Origin: Candidatus Binatia bacterium | GTDB lineage: Bacteria > Desulfobacterota > Binatia > Bin18 | Length of the DNA stretch: 64,000 nucleotides | Direction of reading: 5' to 3' | NCBI GenBank assembly: GCA_963666315.2 | Contig: CAXXHG010000010.1 | Coordinates: 64,001 to 128,000, forward strand | Shown: positions 29,929 through 40,144 of the stretch, in pieces | Position numbering within the stretch: the stretch's first letter is position 1 | Layout of the letters: the number at the start of each line of letters is the position of its first letter | Translations under genes and position numbers: made by a program | The notes under the pieces: generated by a model | What the model saw: the letters and a program-made list of their open reading frames with translations, nothing else | Databases searched by the model: none | Told to the model about the DNA's origin: nothing

Positions 29929-30477
29929 ATGGATGAGAACGTTCGGAGCTATTTGGAAGAGATCAGGAAGCTATCCTTCTTCGCCGGCGCCGACCAGCAG
30001 GAAAGTCTGAAGTGGAACGTCAAGTGGTACCGAGAGAAGGCATCTCGGTCGCACAGAATTTTTCGATTTGCGGGGTCCTTGACAGTGTTCCTGAGCGTGA
30101 GTCTGCCCTTCGCACTCACGATCTAGCCCGACTCCACGACCAAGACGATAGCGGTGGAAGGAAGCAAGGAACCTATCACCGTCACGGAGAACCCGTGGTT
30201 TCTGTCGCCAAAGGACCTGACCGCTACGTTGTCATGGATGATTGCACTGGCGGGTGGAGCGAGCGGGCTCTTTCAGTGGGGTCGAACGTGGCAGTCACGA
30301 ACTGAAGCCTACATGCGCCTGGAGCGGCTCCTCATGGAGTGGGAGGTCGCAGTCCAGCGAGTGGGCGCGAGCGTCGACAACGTCTCAACTGCTACCCAGA
30401 AGCTGGTCGTCGAGGCGCGAGAGACGATCAAGGGAATTTACGTCATCTATCTTGCTGGTTCTTTTTTTACGGATTAG
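29929..30477 (+). pseudogene. DUF4231/SLATT-like 2TM protein with an in-frame TAG at 30124-30126
   Basis: WY..KA....R.F + TM1, then TM2 + FQWGRTW..R. The two track ORFs (29929, 30154) share a frame. Confidence 0.65.
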
Positions 30478-30483
30478 CTTGAG

Positions 30484-31228
30484 TTGATTGGAACAATCGA
30501 AGCTCCTCTGATCATCAGTGTTATGACTCAAAACTTGTTATTTGGCGCCGTTGACCGAGAGGTAGGACTTCTGACTCACTTTCAAGAATCCGGAGCAGAG
30601 ATATTTGCTTTGACTGAGGCAAACAATCAGGTGTGGGCCGATGGGCTAGGGTTCTTTGCTGTTGCAAACGCAAACTTCGTAGCTGGTAGCGCGACCACTT
30701 CCATTATCTCATAGCCCAACATAGAATAGGAGTTCTATCAATTTTGACAAGCTCAAGCGCTCCGCCATCATCACGGAGTTACAAGTGACTCTTGAGCAAA
30801 CTATTATTGTTGCCGGTATACATCTGTTTGCCCTGAAGGGTGATATACAATTTCAAATAGACGACTTGACTCAAGTGCTGGATGAAATAGAACAGCATCG
30901 TAATAATGGAGCTCCCATTATATTGGTGGGAGATTTCAACGCAAACTCACAACATGACGTAGGTGTTCCTCTTCCTGACACGGTTCAGGTGATGCAACTC
31001 GCTGAAGCCTGGGGCCTTGCGGATGCCTGCCGAGAAATTTTCCCAGCCGCTGCGGCAAATCCGGGCATTACCGATCGTGAGCATGGCACTGGTCGTATTG
31101 ATCATATTTTGTACACGCCGAATTTACTTACTCCCATTTTCTGCGAAGTAACCGGCGACGATGAAGGTGATCCGCCGTTGTCTGATCATTGCTCAGTTCT
31201 TTGTGACTTTGAACTCATCAGTCCCTAA
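30484..31228 (+). pseudogene. endonuclease/exonuclease/phosphatase (EEP) family, split
   Basis: VMTQNL, ALTEAN, LVGDFNA, RIDHILY, SDH across two ORFs separated by stops and a frame change. Confidence 0.8.
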
Positions 31229-31339
31229 AAAATGAAAAAAGGGGTCGGTGACAAATGGGAATTATTCTCATGTGACACCACCCCCATTTCTCTGGACTCT
31301 ATCTTTCCAACTATAGTTCATCCCAGATGAATTAAAGTG

Positions 31340-32040
31340 GTTGGTGCCGAATACTCACATAACGCATTGTGATAAGGTGCGTTATCCATTACAGTCAACG
31401 ACTGATCGGGAATATTGGGAAGGAGCTTTTCAGTGAACCACTTGAAGAACAATTCCTTATTCATTTGCCCGAGATAGTCGCCTGTTTTCCGGGTACTTTT
31501 GAAAACAAGTTTTGCATGGGGAGTCTACCCGGACTGGCTAATCGCGTTAATAATAATGAGGCGTTCGCCTTTGCCAGTCCGCTTCTGGGCCCAGGGCTCG
31601 ACTTCATCGGAGTACCAAACAAAGTCATCACTATGATTCTTGTTGACGTATGATTCGTCTAAGTACACTTCGGGACGAAGAGATGCTAAGGTGGTTCCAG
31701 GCAAACGGTTTTCTCGCTTGATTCGCAAGTAACGTCGTCGCGCAGCGATGACATGAACTTTCTCTTTAAGGTGTTGTGAGCGAGTTCCTTTGCCGAATTC
31801 GAAACCCCAGCCGTCAAGAGTTCTCGCTAGGGTCGCGAGGTAAAATGACTCGTCGGCACGATTGTCACGAAGAAAATTTCGGATTGTCTCGGGCGTGATA
31901 TACTCGCCGCCTCGATTTGCTTCTCTAACAAATTGACGTACTTGCTCTTGATGGGAACGGTCAACAGCGAAACCCGGACGCCTCTTGAAATTGGCGATCG
32001 ATCAAGCAATGAGTGTACTTGGGAAGATCAGTTCTTGAAT
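31340..32040 (-). mobile_element. IS630/Tc1-type transposase remnant
   Basis: RTLDGWGFEFGKG.RS.HLKEK, PEVYLDESYVNKNHS, TGKGERLIII, MN..LF.KWF.EKLLPNIP, VMDNAPYH. Internal stop, C-terminus truncated. Confidence 0.85.
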
Positions 32041-32214
32041 TACGAGAATAACTCGGCGGTAGGAGCGAGACGAAAACCTTGCAGAACAGAAGCTTCAGCT
32101 GTACCGTCCAGAGGAGAGACCCGCACAATGATTTCAGAACGCGGAACATGCAGAGTAAGAACAATTTCATGGCGATATAGGGTGTTGGCGTCCACGCGCA
32201 GAACGCAGCGCCTG

Positions 32215-32766
32215 ATGGGCCGCGCACTCCTGGTGATGGGCTTGCTCATGCTGGCCGCCTTGAGTCGGTCGGCGGACGCCGCAAGTGGAGGCCAGACGCA
32301 GTTCAAGCGCATTCCGACGCAGTTCATCGCGGCGTTGGGTGATCCCGGAGCGACATCCGGGAGCGGGGCAGAGTCGTGGGGTCTGTGGCGTCTCGATCGT
32401 GGTCCGAGGGGAGTGTGGCTGAAAAACTATGAGCAATTAAAGGCCGCAGGCGCGGTCGCCGCCGCCCAGTGGAAATTCGACAGCACGGACTGGTGGTTGG
32501 AGGAGCACGGCTTGATTATGGAGTAATCGGACTTCCCCGTCCCGCCTGGCAAGTACGTGATGACAGTGCTCACTGTACATCCCGCGGACAAGGACGGCGA
32601 GAGGCACTGGGAGCTGGACGACGGCGCGACGCTGTACGATGTGACCCACCTGCCCTGTCGCTCCCCCCGCTATACACTGGCGACGAGTGCGAGGTCGTGT
32701 TCGCCTGCGAAAGCGCAGCAGGCTGCATTTCCCGTTATTCCAAGGGGGGCCGATGCCCCCGGTTGA
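32215..32766 (+). pseudogene. secreted conserved hypothetical protein with an in-frame TAA at 32524
   Basis: Signal peptide and QFIAALGDP..WGLW..DWWLEEHGLIME* continue in frame to LYDVTHLPCRS. Confidence 0.65.
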
Positions 32767-33086
32767 GGGGTGCAATAAGCAAGACTACGCGCTTCTCTTC
32801 GTGATCGCTGTGGCCGTGGACAACTGATTTCCGATGACACCGGGGAGGGGTTGCGAAGACAATGGCACTTCTGCTCGACAGGGAGCGTTTGCGAGTGTCT
32901 GCATCTGACCGATTTCCGACACTTGTCGAGCTTATAGATAAGGGAAACGTCGCAATCTTATTCACCTTATTGGAGGAAACGCCTCCTATACATCTTCTCA
33001 AGATGGGTACAAGACCTAGAACCAATCGGCCGTAATATATACGATGCGACTGACGAGAAGAATTTTCCTCCTTACCCTGAGAGTGA

Positions 33087-33166
33087 ATGAGTCAAACGTT
33101 TCAGAAGATTTTGGAGTTGGTTGCCCGTCGCGACGTGCTCGTCTCGAATCAAGGAGAAAACAATGA
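33087..33166 (+). pseudogene. DUF4258-like toxin remnant, mostly deleted
   Basis: MSQTFQKILELVARRDVLVS joins almost immediately to RRKQ*, overlapping the next start. Confidence 0.45.
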
Positions 33167-33378
33167 GTGGCCGTCTTCACACCAGACTGATTCACGAAGG
33201 ACAATATGCAGCTGAAGTTGAGGTTTCCTTGATCGAGACGGACGAGGGCTGGTCCCCGTATCTATCGCTTGAGGAGACGCAGAAATTAGATACAGTGTGA
33301 CTAGCCCTACGTCGAGGGGACCTCAAACAAGCAAGCAAAATGGCGCGAGTGTTTCAGCTTACCCCGGTACATGCCTAA
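33163..33378 (+). pseudogene. small antitoxin-like protein with an in-frame TGA at 33298
   Basis: MSGRLHTRLIHEGQYAAEVEVSLIETDEGWSPYLSLEETQKLDTV*LALRRGDLKQASKMARVFQLTPV. Confidence 0.65.
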
Positions 33379-33422
33379 GCGTGTACAGCTCTAATGATTC
33401 GAACTGAGACAAGGAATCAGAC

Positions 33423-34265
33423 ATGACCTCGACCCATAAACCAGTTGCCGTTGTGATAGGGGCGACATCCAAGTGGCAGTCAGATGGCCGCAATACCAAA
33501 CTGGCGCACGGTAAGGTGCTCGACGACAGAAACATACCCGTCGGCGCGCGTTGGGGCATCGGCGGTGCCGTAGCCCAAAAGTTTGCACAGGAGGGCTTCT
33601 TCGTCGTGCTGACGACCCGGAATGCCGCCAATGCATCTACGTTGGAGGAAGCTATTCAAGAGCAAGGCGGCGAAAGTATGATTGTCGAGCTGGACCTGGT
33701 GTCGAGCGAATCCATATCACACGCGTTCGCCCAGATTCGAGAGCAAGCCGGGGACGCGAATGTCTTAGTCTACAACGCGGGCTATCTGGAGGGGCGTGAC
33801 CTGCCGCCAGAGAAAGAATTGCTTGAACACATTCCAGTCGAACTGTTCGACACCGCGCACCATATCTCCAGCCGTGGGCCGTTCTTGGTCGCCAAGGAAG
33901 TGTTGCCCGCCATGCGAGCGCGCGGCGCCGGCTCTTTCCTCATTTCTAATAACGCGATGTCCTTGCGCGGGCGCAAGCGACTGACGGGACAGTCGTTGTA
34001 CTATCCGCGAGTGATGATGCGCACCCTGGCACAGGTGCTGACGGAGGAATATTCCGAGCATGGCGTGCACGTCGCCAACATCGTGATAGACGGCCTCATC
34101 GACTCTCCAGGCACCCGCGCCCTGCCGATAGCCCAGCAGCGGCCTGAAGTAGTGATGAATCCCGTGAAGATCGCTGAGGCGTACTATTATCTCCACACCC
34201 AAGACAAATCCTGTTGGACGCACGAACTCCAATTGACTCCATTTCCGACCAAGCCGAGCTTTTAA
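33423..34265 (+). CDS. atypical SDR-family oxidoreductase
   Basis: RWGIGGAVA, VYNAGY, GVHVANIVIDGLIDSPG. YYPR in place of YxxxK. Confidence 0.85.
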   Translation: MTSTHKPVAVVIGATSKWQSDGRNTKLAHGKVLDDRNIPVGARWGIGGAVAQKFAQEGFFVVLTTRNAANASTLEEAIQEQGGESMIVELDLVSSESISHAFAQIREQAGDANVLVYNAGYLEGRDLPPEKELLEHIPVELFDTAHHISSRGPFLVAKEVLPAMRARGAGSFLISNNAMSLRGRKRLTGQSLYYPRVMMRTLAQVLTEEYSEHGVHVANIVIDGLIDSPGTRALPIAQQRPEVVMNPVKIAEAYYYLHTQDKSCWTHELQLTPFPTKPSF

Positions 34266-34438
34266 GGGCGAGGGGACGACAAAAGGGACGTTGCGGCTTT
34301 AGAGGCTTATCCGTAACTGTCGCACAGGTGCCGAATCTGTGGGCTGGTCAACGGCATTCCCCGAGAGGCATTGCTGCAGAGTCAGCTAACCGTGTAGTAA
34401 GAACAAAATCAGCAGTCCAACCAAGAGGAGAGCCCACT

Positions 34439-34876
34439 ATGGATGATATGGCCGCACTGCAAAACCGCATCACCCGGCTCGAAGACATTGAAGCGATAAA
34501 ACAGCTCAAAGCCCGCTACTGCGAAATCTGTGACGATATGCATAACCCCGACAGAGTCGCTTCGGTATTCGCTGAAGATGCCATCTGGGAAAGTGACGAT
34601 TTCGGCAAAGCCGAGGGCCATGAGGCGATTCGCCAATTATTTCGCAACTTCCAAAGAATGTTCAGCTTTTCTCAGCACAACATCATGAACCCCATAATCG
34701 AAGTCAATGGAGATCGCGCCACCGGCAGTTGGTACATCATGGGTCCGTGGACATATACCGAAAACGACGAGGAGAAGTGGTTGGCTCTGCAATATGACGA
34801 CGATTACGTGAAGGTAAACGGTGAGTGGAAGTACCAACATTTGCGGGTCGCCCTGCGGATGACTGCCGATCGATAA
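34439..34876 (+). CDS. SnoaL-like/NTF2 family protein
   Basis: LEDIEAIKQLKARYC..D, F.EDA.W, H...NP.IEV.GDRATG.WY, YDDDYVK.NG.W. Confidence 0.9.
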   Translation: MDDMAALQNRITRLEDIEAIKQLKARYCEICDDMHNPDRVASVFAEDAIWESDDFGKAEGHEAIRQLFRNFQRMFSFSQHNIMNPIIEVNGDRATGSWYIMGPWTYTENDEEKWLALQYDDDYVKVNGEWKYQHLRVALRMTADR

Positions 34877-35054
34877 GGGCACTACATCAATACGCGTCGA
34901 AAATATACTGGTGTGTGAGGTTCTACAATCAGCAGGTGGAACCTGCGCCCCTCTTCCAGCAGGCATCCTGGGACACTTGAACCCACACGGAGATCTACTG
35001 CGCTTTCCCTCAGTTGCTCGCCACGTTCTTTCGCATCTGGTCATTCATGTACGA

Positions 35055-35320
35055 TTATTCTGATTCGAACCTGAGCCAAGCGCCGGGTTGGGGCATACGC
35101 CATTGGGTATCTTGAGGCAACCTGTTGAAAAATACAGTGGGGTCCGTCCCTCCGGGAACGACTTTCAAATCTCTCGAGTCTCCGGTCCTCGGTCTGAAAA
35201 AACTCTCCCAATGCGCTAAAACAACGAAGCGCGGTCGCATCTTCTGGATAAGCTCCTCGGGATAGTTCTCCACCTCGTTGAACCCTGGCACACAAAGTAT
35301 CGTCACATCGACGCGCTTTT
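35055..35320 (-). pseudogene. C-terminal fragment of an MBL-fold hydrolase-like protein
   Basis: VDVTILCVPGF..V.NYPE.L...RPRFVVLAHWESFF, with no N-terminus. Confidence 0.5.
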
Positions 35321-35782
35321 TATCTCCAGGATCAACAAACGGGGGAGGGAAACCCCGTGGTGGGTTGCTTGCTGCGCCTGGGGCGCGTCTTGGGATTTTA
35401 CCAACAGATCGAGATCGCCCACCGGACGCAAGGCTGGATCGGGATAGAGGATGTGACGCAGCGCCCCGCCTTTGAGAAGAAACAGGTCTATCTTTGACTC
35501 CTGGTATGCAAGCAGAACGTCGCGGAGCACGGCCGTCCAGACCTGGCTCCTCCGTCGGTGGCGCAGGTACTGGAGCTTGAGCGTAATGCGGGCTGATTCA
35601 GGAAGCTCGGGAAGTCCAGTGCGACATAGATGGTGGTATAGGAGAGACGAGAGTCCATGCGCTTCGGCCGCTTCAAGCAAGCGGCTCCAGTCGCAACAAT
35701 GGGTTACGGCCTTCTCGAACTGGGTGGGTATGCTGTCCTCCCAAGACAGACGAGCGCACAGTGTTAAGAGGGAGTCTATCAC
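35303..35782 (-). pseudogene. nucleotidyltransferase family (NTP_transf_5-like), C-terminally truncated
   Basis: DW..LLEAAEAHGLS.LLY, LLKGGAL...LYPDPALRPVGDLDLLV. Confidence 0.8.
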
Positions 35783-35839
35783 CGACGTTCAGCGCTAACG
35801 CGAAATCCGGCGACTTTCAAGACAGGGCCGCTCTTGTTG

Positions 35840-37281
35840 TCAGAGCGTGAAATGCTCGCGATAGACCGGATCTTCCTGGGGAAGTAGGGGCGGCTGTGAC
35901 GCAACAACTGGGGCGCTCAGATAACGCTGATCAATTCTCTGCAAGTATTGATCAATGGCGGCATGCGTGCTGATCCACGGGTTCATCTCCTCGGTGTCGT
36001 GCGGCACGTCGTCCAGTATGCGCTGATATACCGAATGATTGTAGGCGACCGCATGAGCACATGTCAGGGCGACGCATGGACTTTCGAGAAAGGAACAACC
36101 CGGCGCTTGGGGGAATTGCTGGCCCCATTTGTGTCCACCAAGATGAAACACATTCCACGCTTGCGTTTTCAGCTCACAGAAACTCTTTTCCAAGTGGGTC
36201 AGGGTATCTTCGAGGAAGACCGCGTCGTCTTCAAAGATAAACACGTTGCGGAGCTGTTGCTTGTGCGCCTGTTCGACGATGTGACGATGTGAGAGCGTGC
36301 AACCGATATGCTGTGATTCCGGAGTTTCGATTGCGGGAAAACGACGTACCCGATGTAAAATGCCGAGCTTTTTAAACCGTTCTTGCATGGCTTTCCAGCG
36401 ATCTTGTGCAGCGTCTAAATTAATGCAATAGTTCGCATCAAAATAGAAAAACGGGTTGGCCAGTTCTGCGTCCACTTGGCTCTGGGCACGCGTAAACACT
36501 TCTGTACCCAAGTGCTCCTTAAAATGAGTCTCCAGCGAGGTCGTATCCAGGCCAAGCTCTGTCCAGCCGATCCAATAATTCCGAATCCGCTCTTCCCATA
36601 TATTCGGATAACGCGTGCCAAACGGCCGCGCAAAGCGATGCAGCCAGCGTAAGAAAGGCAGACATAAGGTGCGCCGACCCGCCTGTCTAAATTTCTCGTG
36701 AATATACCCTTCCTCCCCCCCCCACCGGGAAAACGGGGGTTAAACCCAAGCCAGGCGTCTTTACGACAAGCAAACAGACCCAGCCCTTGCATCGGGATCT
36801 CGAATGGCTCATGGTCCGGGTCTTTCCCTCGTTCGTCAGTTTTCCATACCCCATACATGCCACTTGACCACACGGGCTCAAAATGGGTTGAGACGCTCTT
36901 GAGGTCGTCGTAGACCAGTGCTCCTTGCAGCAAGTCGTGGCAGTCGGGATGCGTATCAAAATAGTCAATTAACTGTTTGAACGCGCCAGGCACGGGCAAG
37001 ACGTGCGAGTCCATACACATGACGTATGGGGCCTGTGCTTCACGAAACACCCTATCCCGTGAGGCCTTTCCCCGGGCGTCGCGATTCAGCAGATAACGAT
37101 CGCCGGGGATCCAGTCTGCCAGCTTCCGTAACGAATCGCCACAGGGACCGTCCGGATTATTATCAACGACAAGAATCTCGGTTTCCTCAGTAACCTCGGG
37201 ATGGTAGAGGCGAACCGCTTGCACAGTGAAATACACCCCGTCGTAGTCATCATACGTCGCCATACCAATCGTCAGTTTCAT
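35840..37281 (-). pseudogene. GT2 + GT25-like fused glycosyltransferase, out of frame at a G9 tract (36715-36723)
   Basis: MKLTIGMATYDDYDGVYF..VVDN..CMDSH. After the G run the shifted frame reads GEEGYIHEKFRQAG... and runs into YCINLD..DRW, GCTLSH, IFEDD. Confidence 0.82.
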
Positions 37282-37399
37282 TGATCTCGTCCCACTGTCC
37301 CGAACCGTCTTATTCCCCTGCTCTGGACCTGATCGGTCTTCTGAACCGTCTTCTGGGGTGCTATGAAATAGAACCTCTACAAGCGGGCGCATACGTTGT

Positions 37400-38040
37400 G
37401 CGGCTTATACCGCATTGGCAGACCATTGTTACCAAACAACGGTGCGGCTTACGCATAGGTGTCCCAATCAACATACAGGCTCCATAAAGGTAGGTCGGAC
37501 TGCCGAGCGGTTATCTGAGCCGGTTCTGACTGTCCCCAGAAGGCGTAATCACACTCGTCCAGATTCGGGGATGGTTTTCATTCGAGAAGCAGACCTTGGG
37601 GGTTCGCGTACGATCAACTTGGGCATGATCAAAGCCTGCAGATGGAAAGGTGGAATAAAAAACAAAGTCCGCCTCGTCTTGTTGCGCGTCCACCAGCAAG
37701 ACGTCGAATTTGTCCAATAACATCCAGGCAAAGAAATTATCTTGCCGGTTGAAACTAGGCCAAAAATTGCAAAGCCCGACCCGTACGAATGGCCTGACCG
37801 GCCGCAGACCATCGGTAGTCTCAACCAAGCCACGTGCTTGGAGGTCTGCCAGTATCTCCGGCACGTCGTCCTCGATGCGGGCAGCCGAATCGGGGTAGAG
37901 CTGTTTGACTCGCTCTTGGATTGTCCTGACGGCAAGTTGACCGTCACACAAGAACTAAATCGAAGCAGCCGAGCGATTCCGCTCAAGCTTGAGCTGGTCC
38001 CGTTTTGACCACACTGATAAGTGGTCCTCAGCCCATGTCA
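37400..38040 (-). pseudogene. PqqD/RRE domain fused to an alpha-1,3-fucosyltransferase N-terminal-like domain, broken
   Basis: NRSAASI*FLCDGQ..V..I...YP....IEDDV..ILADLQARGLV, then VGLCNFWPSF..DNFF..AD.VFYS and ENH/PNLDECDYAF..LPLW. Confidence 0.7.
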
Positions 38041-38044
38041 TCAA

Positions 38045-39819
38045 CAGACCGGGCCGACGCATGAGAGTGACGACAATCTCGGGGTCGTTCTGCCCGGCCT
38101 CCCGCCGAGCGGGCCTCTGCCCACGACGCCGTGCGGTCCGGGTTCGACCCTCACGTTTGGCGGAACCACACTCTCGTTGTAGGACGGAGAAGTCCCGGCG
38201 AACGCCATGTGCACGTACAGGGTCACCTTGCTGGTGCCAGGGGGCTCGCTGGACGGGATCTATCCCAATGCCACGACCTTCAACTCCGCCCTCATCGGCA
38301 CCACCCCAGCCTTCCTGCCTCCGGCGACGGACCAGCTGACCGTCACTTCCGATCTGCTGGCGCTCAGCAAGGAGTTTGCCGACGATCCTGTCATCGCCGG
38401 CGGCACGGTGACTCTGGAGTTCACCCTCACGAATCTCGATGCCGTCAATGCGGCCACAGATATCGACTTCACTGACGAACTCGGCGACGCCCTCGCGGGT
38501 CTGACCTTCAACAGCCTGCTGTTCAACAACTGTGGCGCGGCCGTCAGCGGCACCGGTACCACGACAATCACCCTCGACGACGCCTCCCTCGGCGCCGGGG
38601 GGACATGCACCATCAGGGTCTCGCTCTTGGTTCCCGGCGCCGCCGCCAGCGACGACCTGGAAGTCGTCCAGCTGCTGCTCTTCAGCAAATCCTTCGACGG
38701 GGCGACCACCCCCACTGGCACCCCGAAGCTGACCTTCGCCATCACCAACCCAGACCCGGACACCGCCACCGGCATCACTTTTTCGGACAATGTCGACGAC
38801 GTGATCACGAACCTGATCGAGACCAACCTACCGCTCTTCGACATCTGCGGCCTGGGATCTTCGCTCACCAGTACGTCGAGCTCGCTTCTCGCCCTGCTGG
38901 TGCCGGGGCAAAGCTTAACTTACACGGTCACCGTCTCCAATGCCGGGCCCTCGGACGCTCAGAATCTGGTGTCCGCCGACACCTTGCCTGCCGGCCTGAC
39001 CTTTGTGTCCTCGGCCTCCAGTTGCACGGAAGCGGGCGGCACGGTGACCTGCCCCTTCGGTGTCTTGCCTGTCGGCAACAGCGTCGCCGGTGGTCCTGGT
39101 GGATCCCGGGCAGCCGGGTAGTATCACCAACACCGCCACGGTAGCAGGCAACGAAACCGACCCAGATGTTGATAACGGCAGCTCCAGCCATACGACCCCA
39201 CTGCTGCCAAACGCAATCACCGTGATCAAAGAAGCCAGCCCCGAAGGCCCAGCCAACTTCTTTTTCACCACCAGTGGGACCGGTCTGTCGGACTTCTCCC
39301 TGATTGATGATGGCAGCGGCACCAATCTACAAACGTTTAGTGACCTATCGCCGGGGACGTTTGCGATCAGAGAGACGGTCCCATCCGGGTGGGTGCTAGA
39401 AACCCTAGCGTGTACGAGCAGCGGCACCGGGACGAGTGCGGCGGTCGATATGGTGCATGCCCCAGCCACGATCACACTGGCCACCGGTGGGACGGTGACG
39501 TGTGTGTTCACCCGTCATGGTGATACCGACACTGCCGCAATGGGGCCTGCTGCTCTTAACCTTGTCCTTACTGACCCTGGCTACCTGGCCGTTAGTCGGA
39601 CAGCCAACGCGGCTCGGGCAAACGAGCACGGGCGCAGCAATCCTGCTCTCAACCTCGTCGTACTGGCCGAGTTCGCTCTTGCTGGGCCAAGGGCTGGCCG
39701 CCGCCGGCCTGCTCCTGTATGCGCTCCTTAGTCCGCTCGTCCCGCATGACGGGGTAGGCGTACTGCCGGCGGGGCTGCTCATTGGGGTGATGATTGAGTT
39801 GTACTGTCGCAGCGAATGA
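38045..39819 (+). pseudogene. fragmented DUF11-repeat surface protein ending in an IPTL-CTERM sorting domain
   Basis: LSKEF.DDPV..GGTVTLEFTLTN, LTYTVTVSNAGPSDA, ITNTATV...E.DP and IPTLPQWGLLLLTLSLL, spread over three ORF pieces. 5' end missing. Confidence 0.78.
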
Positions 39820-40144
39820 GGGGCGCAAGCTGGGGCCGGGAAAGGGGCCGGTGTTGGACGGTGTTGAATCGGTGAAAGAGCGTGCCGATTTCGCGCTCCG
39901 CCGACCCGTCGTGCAGTGTCCACCCTCACAACTAATACGGCACACGAACGCCCGGATGATCTCTTAGGAAGTCACGAGTATTTCGTTACTTCCAAATACT
40001 TCCATACTATTCTTCCCTGAATAAATTCACCGAGAGCTGACCTTGACATTCGGCATAAGAGCCGGCAAAAGGGCACTGCCGACATGACTGGGGTATGCTC
40101 AGTCCGCCCGAGACATGCCGAGCACCATGTAAACGACAACGGCT

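Noticed and set aside
17272-38040. Stop-codon recoding as the explanation for in-frame stops
   Set aside because: All three stop codons occur internally alongside frameshifts and deletions, and core genes terminate normally with TAA, TAG and TGA.
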